A stretch of DNA of 64,000 nt from an uncultured bacterium (lineage in GTDB: Bacteria; Patescibacteriota; Minisyncoccia; UBA6257; 2-01-FULL-56-20): contig CAVYIK010000003.1 of the NCBI GenBank assembly GCA_963768625.1, positions 262,715 to 326,714 of the forward strand. Reading direction: 5' to 3'. Of the stretch, positions 46,774 to 58,122 are shown piece after piece; within the stretch, counting starts at the first letter, position 1; each line of letters starts with the position of its first letter. A program made the position numbers and the translations under genes. Below the pieces are notes generated by a model. The model saw only the letters and a program-made list of their open reading frames with translations, was not told where the DNA came from and ran no database searches.

Positions 46774-48090
46774 TTATCTGGATAACTTTGAATATAATTT
46801 TTCAGCCCTCGCGGCGCTCATGATTTCCGAACCAGAACCCATCAATGACCGGAAAAAAGCCGACGCGGAGTCTTTGGAGAGTTTTTTGAAAGATATCATT
46901 TGTTTGCCATCTTTCTCTGGTTTATCGATCACTTGCCCCAGATAACGGTCGTAGTAATACCTTGGGGCTATGCTTATGTCTCCGATATCCTTAGGCGACA
47001 ATACATGCGGATCATTATTGGCACTGCTTGCGTCTATAGACAGTTCCAGCATATCCGCGATATTGCCATACACGTAGTGCTCTAGCCCCTCCCGTTCTCG
47101 CCAAGTTTCAATCGCATTTTTGAAATCGGTGGCATCTTCATGCCCGGCGTCCATCCGTTCGAAGGAAAATTCCATCGCTCCGTCGTATAGTTTGTCGAAT
47201 TGATCTGAGTTGCCCTTATATATTTTCCCGCCAGTGGATTCATGAACTTCGAACGGAGCCAGATCGACGGCGGGCATTAACCGATCATCGACAGAGAATA
47301 CCACTGATTTTATCCCCTCGGTTTCGTTGAGCCATTCTGACCGCATCGTGGTTATGCCGAATACGGAGGGCTTCACCGTCCTCAAATAATCTCTCAGCAT
47401 TAAATAGTGTCTTTGGAACTCCTTCTGTAAACCAACTGGAGCGTGTAAGATAAAATATCCGGTCGCTTTTTCTATGCTCACCTCGGCGTCATGATAGATT
47501 TTCGGCTGCGAAGCAAGAAAATCCTTTAAAAACCACTTAGCAAAAGAGTCCCACGATCTTTGCTGATATCGCACGCTTTTCACTTCTTGTAAATTTTCTC
47601 GTGGTGCAAGCACATCCCTATACGCAACAATTCCCTCTGGTGCCAAAACTCGGTTAAATTCTGAAAATGCTTCCTTGATCGCTTTCGTGCCATGGACGAT
47701 GTCGCCGTCGCTGTTCTTGCATCCGTAGGAGCTGATTTCGTGGACGATGGCGGAGGCGTTGATAGCACTGATCGATTCGTTTGCAAATGGAAGACGAGTA
47801 GCGTCTGCGGCTACAGCGCTGACTTCCAATTCTTTTTTAACGGACGCCAGTAAATTAGGCATGATATCCACCGCGATTATTTCTGCGCCATCAATACCAT
47901 CGGCTTTCTTTTTTAATTCGCGCAAAGATTCTCCACCTCCCGTGCCCAATTCGATAACCCTAATTTTTCCCCCTCCAACCCTTGGCAACGAATTAGATTC
48001 CAAAGCGTCTTCAACAACTCCGATCTTTTCTTCAACATTATTACGGATTTGACTCAAATAATCCCCGGATTCTTTGCTTCGTTTCAGCAT
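46774..48090 (-). CDS. Class I SAM-dependent methyltransferase fused to a ~250-aa domain of unknown function
   Basis: 438 aa with motif I VIELGTGGGES, then AVDI, DATRLPF and NASAIVHEI. I recognise no family for the C-terminal half. Confidence 0.6.
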   Translation of the reverse strand: MLKRSKESGDYLSQIRNNVEEKIGVVEDALESNSLPRVGGGKIRVIELGTGGGESLRELKKKADGIDGAEIIAVDIMPNLLASVKKELEVSAVAADATRLPFANESISAINASAIVHEISSYGCKNSDGDIVHGTKAIKEAFSEFNRVLAPEGIVAYRDVLAPRENLQEVKSVRYQQRSWDSFAKWFLKDFLASQPKIYHDAEVSIEKATGYFILHAPVGLQKEFQRHYLMLRDYLRTVKPSVFGITTMRSEWLNETEGIKSVVFSVDDRLMPAVDLAPFEVHESTGGKIYKGNSDQFDKLYDGAMEFSFERMDAGHEDATDFKNAIETWREREGLEHYVYGNIADMLELSIDASSANNDPHVLSPKDIGDISIAPRYYYDRYLGQVIDKPEKDGKQMISFKKLSKDSASAFFRSLMGSGSEIMSAARAEKLYSKLSR

Positions 48091-48105
48091 TGGAAAATTA
48101 TTCTA

Positions 48106-48675
48106 CTATTCAAATCTCTTAAAAGTAAACCACTTCATCTTTCCAACCGGAATATGATAGTGATTTTCAATGACGGTGCGAGCATTTTCGAGGACTACCT
48201 TGCCCCAGTCAAAACCAACTTGCTCCGCGACCCGCTTCAGGTCATTTTCTGAAGGTCCCTCGAGCTCAACATATGTCGGTATTTTGGGCCACGTATCTAT
48301 GTCAAAGGTGACGTCCCCTAATTTGAAAGAGTGACGCTTTTTTTGCTGATGACGATACGCCACCAAACCAATTCGCTCCAGGAATATTTCTGCCTTTCGC
48401 AGATCGCCCACCTCAAATTCAATCTCCTCGACACCATCAGCTATTTCTGATTGGTGATGCTTATAGCTCAGGAAGGCCCCTCTAGCGTTCTTCCTGAGGC
48501 GAACAAATTTACCCTCCGAATCACGCCATTTTAAATCTTTGTCGTAAAAAATAATCTCTTCAAGAAAATCTTCGCCGAAGTCTTTTGCCCCCAACCTCGC
48601 CAATCGTTTTTTGAGCATCTCCTGGTCTATTTCCAAAAAACGAACCTCAATTTCTCTGTGGGAAGGATTGTCCAT
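48106..48675 (-). CDS. CYTH-domain protein (triphosphate tunnel metalloenzyme / class IV adenylate cyclase family)
   Basis: 189 aa with an N-terminal EIEVRFLEI (ExExK-type signature, with R in place of K) and typical CYTH length. Confidence 0.7.
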   Translation of the reverse strand: MDNPSHREIEVRFLEIDQEMLKKRLARLGAKDFGEDFLEEIIFYDKDLKWRDSEGKFVRLRKNARGAFLSYKHHQSEIADGVEEIEFEVGDLRKAEIFLERIGLVAYRHQQKKRHSFKLGDVTFDIDTWPKIPTYVELEGPSENDLKRVAEQVGFDWGKVVLENARTVIENHYHIPVGKMKWFTFKRFE

Positions 48676-48739
48676 GTTATATCTTTATTCCTTTAAAATA
48701 CTACTTAAAAGCCGATCTGACAAAGGTTAATTTCGCTTG

Positions 48740-48815
48740 CGCGGGCGGTGGGATTTGAACCCATGACCTTCCCCGTGACAGGGGGACGCTCTAGACCAGG
48801 CTGAGCTACGCCCGC
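48740..48815 (-). tRNA. tRNA-Asp (anticodon GTC)
   Basis: The minus strand reads GCGGGCGTAGCTCAGCCTGGTCTAGAGCGTCCCCCTGTCACGGGGAAGGTCATGGGTTCAAATCCCACCGCCCGCG, with anticodon loop CTGTCAC, T-loop TTCAAAT and discriminator G. Confidence 0.9.
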
Positions 48816-48852
48816 ATGCTCATAGGAAGTGTATGCGATGGAGGGATATTTT

Positions 48853-51465
<2,613 letters not shown>

Positions 51466-51626
51466 TCAGTCAAAAGTTTTTTAAGGATTTTTTAATGAAA
51501 CCCGGATGGAGACTCAGCTCATCTTCGGTTGTGGTAGCGAAAAAAATATGGCAGAATACCCCGCAGAGGGAAAAAGCCCGCAATCAGGTCTTTTTGCCTT
51601 TAGATCAAAAGAAGGGAGGTGAAAAC

Positions 51627-51764
51627 ATGAAAAATTTCTCGGGAACTCCTAAGAAGTTCTCTTGGAGGATTATCACCAAGCCAAAGGTTTCTGGCTCGGT
51701 TTGCCGCCAAGAGCAGTGTAGCTGTGGTGGTGGCGGCAACGGCAGATGTGGCAGCGCTAAATAA
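51627..51764 (+). CDS. Candidate RiPP precursor peptide (45 aa) with a Cys/Ser/Gly-rich core
   Basis: GGGAGGTG lies 6 nt upstream of the ATG. The peptide is MKNFSGTPKKFSWRIITKPKVSGSVCRQEQCSCGGGGNGRCGSAK. A hairpin terminator follows. The gene is convergent with the YcaO operon. Confidence 0.6.
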   Translation: MKNFSGTPKKFSWRIITKPKVSGSVCRQEQCSCGGGGNGRCGSAK

Positions 51765-51790
51765 CCGCTGCCGCCCCGCTTCTCGCGAAA

Positions 51791-51826
51791 GGCGTAACGG
51801 CACCAGCCGTTACGCCCTCTTTTTTG
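51791..51826. terminator. Bidirectional rho-independent terminator shared by the precursor gene and the protease gene
   Basis: ggcgtaacgg-caccag-ccgttacgcc followed by ctcttttttg. It overlaps the stop of ORF 51810..52334. Confidence 0.6.
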
Positions 51827-52334
51827 CAATCGTTTCCAAAATGTCTTTCGGTTCCATTTCCATCACCGTTTTCCAGGAAACTTTCGAGTTTTTTCCTCTG
51901 AACTCTTTAATCAATCGATAGGCAACGGAGTATCCAGTCCATCGTTTATATTTTTTATTTCCGAAAAATACTTGCCTATATATTTTCATCCCTTTCATAT
52001 CAAGCCTCCCCTTAAGGGCTACAAATTGCTTTCGCGCTTCTTCCCTGGTCAAGGCAAGCGACCAAGGAGCTGGCTTTCCGCCCGCAATCTCTTCTCTAAA
52101 AACCTCCGCAAGGCCTTCCATCGCCATATGAGCTCGAAGCGTGTACCGACGTTCGGGATGGCATCGATAAAATACGAGATGGTTCCATTCGTGAGTAATG
52201 GTTTCTCTAAGAGACGCCTGAGTATAGGAATTTAAATCGATAAAAAGATGCATAGTATAATATGTCGCAAGAGCCGTGACTCCCTTGAATAAAACACGAT
52301 CATCTATTGTGGGAAACCACGGATATACGAACAC
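51810..52334 (-). CDS. HExxH zinc metalloprotease (DUF2268-like), C-terminal part
   Basis: It carries ITHEWNHLVF (HExxH) and LAEVFRE. It overlaps ORF 52304..52633 by 31 nt in another frame, so the two are probably one gene split by a frameshift. Confidence 0.55.
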   Translation of the reverse strand: MFVYPWFPTIDDRVLFKGVTALATYYTMHLFIDLNSYTQASLRETITHEWNHLVFYRCHPERRYTLRAHMAMEGLAEVFREEIAGGKPAPWSLALTREEARKQFVALKGRLDMKGMKIYRQVFFGNKKYKRWTGYSVAYRLIKEFRGKNSKVSWKTVMEMEPKDILETIAKKRA

Positions 52335-52633
52335 AAAAATCGGCGGATCGGGGTGCGGCAGAACCCTATGGCAGTTTTTATTTCGGTATAGATACTCCTT
52401 TGGATAGCTTGTTTCTTTCCTGCCGAGGGCGGTTTATATAATGCGATGTCATTATCGCCTATGTGCCGCAGGAGGTCTTCATGCAAATCTTTTTCCTTGA
52501 GATATCCTGCGTATTTGATAGTGCCGTTCTTACGCATTGCTCCCATAATCAAAGCAACGAACCTTCGTTTGTCTTTTGTCCGATATGGCGTGCCTGGAAA
52601 GTAAAATTTAATTTTTGCTAGATCTGATTGCAT
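52304..52633 (-). CDS. N-terminal part of the putative DUF2268-like protease (or a separate small protein)
   Basis: 109 aa directly downstream of the YcaO fusion gene. The frame switches near 52330. Confidence 0.4.
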   Translation of the reverse strand: MQSDLAKIKFYFPGTPYRTKDKRRFVALIMGAMRKNGTIKYAGYLKEKDLHEDLLRHIGDNDIALYKPPSAGKKQAIQRSIYTEIKTAIGFCRTPIRRFLCSYIRGFPQ

Positions 52634-52692
52634 ACGCTTATCTTATCAGAAAAAAAACGGAGCGGAAAGCATTGCTGCCTTCCGCCCTTAAG

Positions 52693-54882
52693 TTAAGCGA
52701 ACGGATGTGGAAATTTGGTGAGCTCTCGATATGAAAGCGTGCCCTTCCCACGCTCCTTAGCAACCGCGTAGATCCTCTCCATGCCAGCAGGTTCTTGACG
52801 ATAACCAAAGGTCATAGGAACCATGCCGGGAACAACGGAGCGGATGATGTGCAGATTGCCGTTCCCGCCGTATTCATCGGAAAGATGGAGTGGGATCGTG
52901 AGGAGTCGCCATCCTTTTGCCGCGAATCGGTCAAGTAATTCTTGCCATGACCAAGCGACGCTGTTCCCGATATCCCGAAACGCGATCTTATTGCGACCGC
53001 GAACCAAGAAATCGGCACAGTGGAAGTACCGCTTTTGTTCATAGAGTTTCCCATGATCAAGCGGCATTGCAACCTCAACTGGTTTGATTTGTTTCGCTTC
53101 CCCGCTTTGAAGACGTGCAAGGACAGATGCCTCTACTTCCATCAATGCATGGTCGACCGCATGCTCTTTGTCAAAGCTCGCGCAGGACGCACAGGTAGTG
53201 CACCCGAGCTTCTCACTTTGAGCGAAAACGCATATGGCCGGCGCAAGATCAAGAGAATGATCTTTGATATATGTCCGAAACCCTGCTTGCCGAAGCCCTC
53301 GCACTCGCTTCCTGATTTCTTGCGGAAGCGTTTGCTCGAGAATCGACGGGGATTCAAGTCGGGCAAGGTAAGCGATCATGAACGAGTCACGCTCAACAAG
53401 CTCGAGCGTACTTGTCTCTGTCGCTTTCTGTCTGTCGGGATGCGCTGCGACACCCGATGAGTTTGCGTAGACATAGTATGGCGTTTTGGGAAAGTATGGG
53501 AAATATACGAGATCGGCGAGAATATGTACCGCCGAACCCGTTCTTTCGTCATACCCTTCCGTCCATCCATACTCTGCTTTCTCGTCAAATGGCTTGAACG
53601 GGAATTGCCTCACGCGATACTGTGCCGGATGAAACCTCATGACATCTCTTGGATCAATTGCTGTTCCAAGATCGGCAAGCCGTGCTTGAACAATCGAGTC
53701 GGAAATATTCCCACATGCTGCCCACTCTTTTGCTTCGGCGACGGCCTTGATGTGCGCCAGTACCGGCGAAGCATCTCTGCCGTGCGACCAGCTTCGTCTT
53801 TCCGAAACTCTCGCTGAGGCCATGGCAAACGGAGGATGATATCGGGTGCTTGAGGGTACGGCCCATTGAACTTCAATCTTCGGGCTCGAATCCTCGACCT
53901 GAACCTCGCTAGCTTGCGTACCGAACACCACCGTAATCAGTGGATGGTAGTACTTGGGAAGGTTGGTGGCCCCTGCGAGCAACGCGTCTACGAATCCACC
54001 AACCTCAACAGCCGCTACGTTATGCTCGACTGCTGCAAGATTGATGTTTTGCGCTGCATGCCCCGCTTCCAGAGGAACGTATAGCATCCCTCGATTTCCA
54101 TATTTCTCGCCCGTAACTCGGAACGAGCCGCTGATTATGATAGCCCCGTGCGCCTTTTCGAGCATGAGAGGGCTAAGAAACGCTCGAGAAAATCGGGAGA
54201 CATCATCTGATACGAAGCGGAAGCCAACCGATCCAGGGTGTCCGAGATATACGCTGTAAATTGCCGGCTGTAGGTCGCCGGTCTGTTTGAACAGAGCGAC
54301 GTGAACAATCAATGGATATAACGCGCCGGCAGACGGTGCTGTTCTGCGCGAAAATCCATTTTCTTGGGGCTCAAGTACGCCGTACGCGCTCCAAAGCATA
54401 TCGACTACGCCTTGAAACTCGACTGGTGCGCCAGAGAATGAGCGAATTGATTGGCGTCGGGCGAGCAGCGAGCCGAGTAGCCCAGTTTTTGTCGGATAGA
54501 CAATCTCGCTTGGGTTATGACGATGTCGATCGCTCGCTTTATGGACGAGCTTAACAACGTCTGCGCCGGCGATGTGGTTAGGAAAGCGCGAAGGATTCTC
54601 AACTGTTTTCCATGATTCTTCGCTGACCTGACGCGCATCGACAATAACATTCTTCCGGCGAAGAGCGTTGAGTAACCCTTTCACTGCTTTGCGGTCCCAT
54701 TCTTTTTCAAGATTTTGTATTACCTCTTTTTTTGTGCGCGTACCATTGCAAAGAGTGACCATCTGCCGCACGAGCTTCCCGGGAGCTTCCACGACCACCC
54801 CTTCATCGTTCATGTAAAAGGTGGTTGTTCGGCCAAGGATCACGGATGGTGCGGTGAATAACGGCAGGAAGACCTTCTCCAT
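52693..54882 (-). CDS. Tri-domain azole synthetase candidate: PqqD-like RRE + SagB-type FMN dehydrogenase + YcaO cyclodehydratase
   Basis: 729 aa in one intact frame. The N-terminus LVRQMVTLCNGTRTKKEVIQNLEKEW...LLNALRRKNVIVD is PqqD/RRE-like. The middle has RRQSIRSF, PSAGALYP and GNRGMLYVPLEAGHAAQN (SagB/nitroreductase). The C-terminus has ANSSGVAAHPDRQKATETSTLELVERDS (YcaO) and a terminal PHPFA. Confidence 0.85.
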   Translation of the reverse strand: MEKVFLPLFTAPSVILGRTTTFYMNDEGVVVEAPGKLVRQMVTLCNGTRTKKEVIQNLEKEWDRKAVKGLLNALRRKNVIVDARQVSEESWKTVENPSRFPNHIAGADVVKLVHKASDRHRHNPSEIVYPTKTGLLGSLLARRQSIRSFSGAPVEFQGVVDMLWSAYGVLEPQENGFSRRTAPSAGALYPLIVHVALFKQTGDLQPAIYSVYLGHPGSVGFRFVSDDVSRFSRAFLSPLMLEKAHGAIIISGSFRVTGEKYGNRGMLYVPLEAGHAAQNINLAAVEHNVAAVEVGGFVDALLAGATNLPKYYHPLITVVFGTQASEVQVEDSSPKIEVQWAVPSSTRYHPPFAMASARVSERRSWSHGRDASPVLAHIKAVAEAKEWAACGNISDSIVQARLADLGTAIDPRDVMRFHPAQYRVRQFPFKPFDEKAEYGWTEGYDERTGSAVHILADLVYFPYFPKTPYYVYANSSGVAAHPDRQKATETSTLELVERDSFMIAYLARLESPSILEQTLPQEIRKRVRGLRQAGFRTYIKDHSLDLAPAICVFAQSEKLGCTTCASCASFDKEHAVDHALMEVEASVLARLQSGEAKQIKPVEVAMPLDHGKLYEQKRYFHCADFLVRGRNKIAFRDIGNSVAWSWQELLDRFAAKGWRLLTIPLHLSDEYGGNGNLHIIRSVVPGMVPMTFGYRQEPAGMERIYAVAKERGKGTLSYRELTKFPHPFA

Positions 54883-54982
54883 GTTCTCACTTCCTTTCTA
54901 TTTTGTTTTGAAAGTACTGCTTCTCGGAAATGTTTTAACACAATTTTTCAATTATTACAAGCAAGCGCAGCACGATGACACC

Positions 54983-55018
54983 AAAAACCCCGGGCATATC
55001 GCCCGGGGTTTTCCTTTT
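54983..55018. terminator. Bidirectional terminator downstream of gene 55042..57540
   Basis: aaaaa-ccccgggc-atatc-gcccgggg-ttttcctttt. Confidence 0.6.
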
Positions 55019-55041
55019 CCGACCCAAGAAGACTTCGCAGG

Positions 55042-57540
55042 CTACGGATTCGTCTCGTGGATGCCCGGCCCGCCGACGGTGACGGTTGTCGAGGCCTGGA
55101 TCTGCGTTTGCGGACAGGAAAGCGTGTAGATGGTATTCTGCGTCGGCGTCACTACCACGGAACCGCTGGCGTCGTTCACGGGGCCGGAAACGCCGGTCAG
55201 GTAGCATGGCGGAATGGGGTTGCTGCAGTTCCAAACGAGCGTCGACTGCTGCGGCGGGACGACCGAAGGCGGTACTGCGACAAGCGTGCACTGTGCGTTC
55301 GAGGGAGCGACATTCACGGTCTTGGAATCGCTCGCATTCCCGCCGCTCGTTCCCGTGCAGTTCACCCCGTACGTCGCAGTGCCTATTGCCGCAGGCGTTT
55401 CCATCATGGCGCCGCTCGTTGCGATCGCGGTGCCCGCCCAGCTACCCACAGCGGTGCAACTTGCCGCGTTCGTGGTCGTCCACGTCACATTTGTTGACTG
55501 GCCCAAGACGATGGAAGTCGGATTCACTGTGACGCTCGCCGTAGGCGAAGGACCGCCACCGCCGTTGCCGGTCACGGTGAAGGTGACATTAAAAGATGCT
55601 GTAAGGCTATTGCAGCCAGCGGCAGGACAACCCGGCGCGGAAGTCCCGGTCAAATTCACGGTCGCGGTGTATGTCCCGTTCGTGAGCCCCGTGGCATCCG
55701 CTTTAATGGTTACGGTATCTTGAGCACCGCCCGTAAGCCCCGAAGAATCGGAGCTTGGAGTAACGGAGAGCCATGCTGCCGCACTTGCCGGGCTCACTGA
55801 ACTGTTCCATGTGAGCGTAGAACCGTCGGCGCCGCTATTTTTCACCGTCACCGTGCCGACCGGCGCGGCATCAGTAAGGGTAAGTGCGGAGGGGCTCACG
55901 CTTATCGCCGCGATCGGGTCCCAGTAGATTATGAAGCTAGCTGTGAGATTCCCGGACGCAAGAGATTGGATGGCTGGCGTGCCGGGATCAAAGAACACTG
56001 CTTTTGCCGTAGAGATCAACCGGTCAAGCCAATTTTGCGGCGCTTCGGCGATGGGAACGCGCTCTACGGAACGCACTGCGTATCCTGCTCCGGCCGATCC
56101 AGGAATTGGCCATGCGGCATATGTTCCCAACGCCATATTATTGTAGGTTCCCTGCGAAACGTTGGTGCAAGATCCTCCATGGCTAGTACATGGGTCGTCA
56201 GCTGCATCGGGATACGCGGGGAAATACCAGCTTGCTGTGACGGGCGCCGTTTTCACCACTGAATTCCGCGAGAAAACATTGATGGTGCCCGTGGCTGTCG
56301 GCGGCGGCAAAGCCGCTGCGACCGCAATGTTCTGCGAATCACTGTCGGACCCGCCAGGACCGGTGCAATTTAAGGTATAGATCGTGGTCCCCACGGCAGC
56401 AGGAGTCACCGCAATACCAGCGCTTGAAATCGCTACCGCACCCGACCAACTCCCGTCATTGCTTGATGCCGTACATGCCGTAGCATCCGAGGTCGCCCAC
56501 GAAAGCGTTGCGGGCGAGCCAATGGTCAAAGAGGTTGGGTTCGCAGTCAGAGTCACCGTCGGCGGCAACGCTCCGCAAAGCGAGGACGACACGGCGTAAC
56601 AAGTTACCTGATTTGAATCAAGGCCGGGATCCCAGGCGCACGCATAGTCAAAAGGATTGTTCCGGTCGCCCCCTGACCTCAACCATGGTTGGCACAACCC
56701 CGGGACTGGGGTGCACGACCTCGAATAGTAACCAGTTTGATTTCCCGCAGCGCAGAAGATGCCCGGCACCTGCCCGGCAGAATAACTTGTTTGACTACAA
56801 GGAGTCGTAACGACGTCGTAACACGTGCCAGATGAAGTATTGACCGTGACTGTGGCAGGAGGACTTGATTTGGTGTTGTCTTGAACTGAAGTTGCAGTGA
56901 TGGTAACCGGCCCTGCCATGGCTGGAGCCGTGAAAAGCCCCGAGCTGGCATTGGAGATGGTTCCTGCTGACGCAGACCAGGTGACAGCGCTACTGTAATT
57001 GCCCGTACCGTTCACCGTGGCCCAACACTGATCGGTCTGGCCTGCTTGGACGGTCGGGCTCGCACAGGTCACCGCTATAGAGGTGATCGTCGATGGCCCC
57101 GTGACGGCTTCCGTCCAGGCCCGGATCGCTTCCCCGTCGCCACTGTTATTAGTAGCATCAAGCGCATAGACAGCATTGGCCAATATGCCGCTGTTTACCG
57201 TGTAGCTTCCCGTGCTGCAGTTAAGCGGGCTTCCGGCAAGGCAGGATCGCGTAAAAAGTACTGTACCGCCTGGCCCGCTTAACGTAATTTGTCGGTCTCC
57301 ATTGGTTGATGCCATAGATGACACGTTCCACTGAATCGTAAAAGGCGTGCCAGATGATACCGGATTTGGCGACCCGAAAAATGAAGTAATCTTTGGGTTG
57401 ATATCCGCGGGGGGAGGAAGCGGGGGGTCGCCCGGTAAGGGGATCTTGATCGCTTGCGTAATATGTATGCCATTCACAAAGAGCAGCGCGGCAAAAACTA
57501 TGAGTGCGGTTGCAATGATGTATAGATATTTCTTTTTCAT
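55042..57540 (-). CDS. Large secreted/cell-surface protein with multiple Ig-like repeats (including a BIG2-like domain)
   Basis: 832 aa with an N-terminal signal/anchor (MKKKYLYIIATALIVFAALLF). It has a BIG2-like segment (ITSIAVTCASPTVQAGQTDQCWATVNGTGNYSSAVTWSAS) and at least 4 copies of a ~75-aa module (..NPTS..G....L.W.T..A..C.A....G......P...GT..Y...C.G.GG...). Confidence 0.7.
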   Translation of the reverse strand: MKKKYLYIIATALIVFAALLFVNGIHITQAIKIPLPGDPPLPPPADINPKITSFFGSPNPVSSGTPFTIQWNVSSMASTNGDRQITLSGPGGTVLFTRSCLAGSPLNCSTGSYTVNSGILANAVYALDATNNSGDGEAIRAWTEAVTGPSTITSIAVTCASPTVQAGQTDQCWATVNGTGNYSSAVTWSASAGTISNASSGLFTAPAMAGPVTITATSVQDNTKSSPPATVTVNTSSGTCYDVVTTPCSQTSYSAGQVPGIFCAAGNQTGYYSRSCTPVPGLCQPWLRSGGDRNNPFDYACAWDPGLDSNQVTCYAVSSSLCGALPPTVTLTANPTSLTIGSPATLSWATSDATACTASSNDGSWSGAVAISSAGIAVTPAAVGTTIYTLNCTGPGGSDSDSQNIAVAAALPPPTATGTINVFSRNSVVKTAPVTASWYFPAYPDAADDPCTSHGGSCTNVSQGTYNNMALGTYAAWPIPGSAGAGYAVRSVERVPIAEAPQNWLDRLISTAKAVFFDPGTPAIQSLASGNLTASFIIYWDPIAAISVSPSALTLTDAAPVGTVTVKNSGADGSTLTWNSSVSPASAAAWLSVTPSSDSSGLTGGAQDTVTIKADATGLTNGTYTATVNLTGTSAPGCPAAGCNSLTASFNVTFTVTGNGGGGPSPTASVTVNPTSIVLGQSTNVTWTTTNAASCTAVGSWAGTAIATSGAMMETPAAIGTATYGVNCTGTSGGNASDSKTVNVAPSNAQCTLVAVPPSVVPPQQSTLVWNCSNPIPPCYLTGVSGPVNDASGSVVVTPTQNTIYTLSCPQTQIQASTTVTVGGPGIHETNP

Positions 57541-58001
57541 TTCATTAAGTACCCGACGATCACCTGCGACCCTTTCCCCTGCTGCATGATGGCGACGCTC
57601 GCCTCCGCCGATCCTTTTGTGGCATAGAGACCGCGCGAGGCGCTGTATTTTGTGACGTCGTTCGTGATCTTCCAGCCGTTCGTCTGGAAATAAGATTTAT
57701 ATTGTCCATAGAGCGACGCCATTGAACTCGGCGAATTCCATTCCGCCGTGTATTGGTTTGTGCTTGCCGAATAATTTATCGAATAGCTGCTCGAGATCTG
57801 CGCAGCCTGATCCAAGACCAGTGCTTTCGGAAAGCCGGCAACGAGCTGACCGCTTGGCGCATAGGAAGGAGCGGGACCCGACGCTGTCGGCTGGGACGCC
57901 GGCTTCTGCACGGCCCAGATAACAAGAATACCGACGACGACAATGACTGCGGCGGCGCCGATCCAAATCCATGCCTTCTGTTGTCCCCCGTTCATATACA
58001 A
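57537..58001 (-). CDS. Membrane-anchored hypothetical protein
   Basis: 154 aa with an N-terminal TM helix (AWIWIGAAAVIVVVGILVIWAV). It overlaps the downstream gene start by 4 nt. Confidence 0.5.
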   Translation of the reverse strand: MYMNGGQQKAWIWIGAAAVIVVVGILVIWAVQKPASQPTASGPAPSYAPSGQLVAGFPKALVLDQAAQISSSYSINYSASTNQYTAEWNSPSSMASLYGQYKSYFQTNGWKITNDVTKYSASRGLYATKGSAEASVAIMQQGKGSQVIVGYLMK

Positions 58002-58049
58002 AGATTATAGCAGAATGCAGCCGAGAGGGGGCGCAAGCGTCATTGTGGA

Positions 58050-58102
58050 TAAGAAAATGCCCCCGCTCGATTCTTCTCTTTCAAGAAGAACCTCGCGGGG
58101 GC
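58050..58102 (-). terminator. Terminator downstream of gene 58123..59958
   Basis: A compound hairpin gcccccgc...ttcttct..agaagaa...gcgggggc, followed on the minus strand by a U-rich tract. Confidence 0.5.
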
Positions 58103-58122
58103 TGCAAACTGCTAAGGTACTG

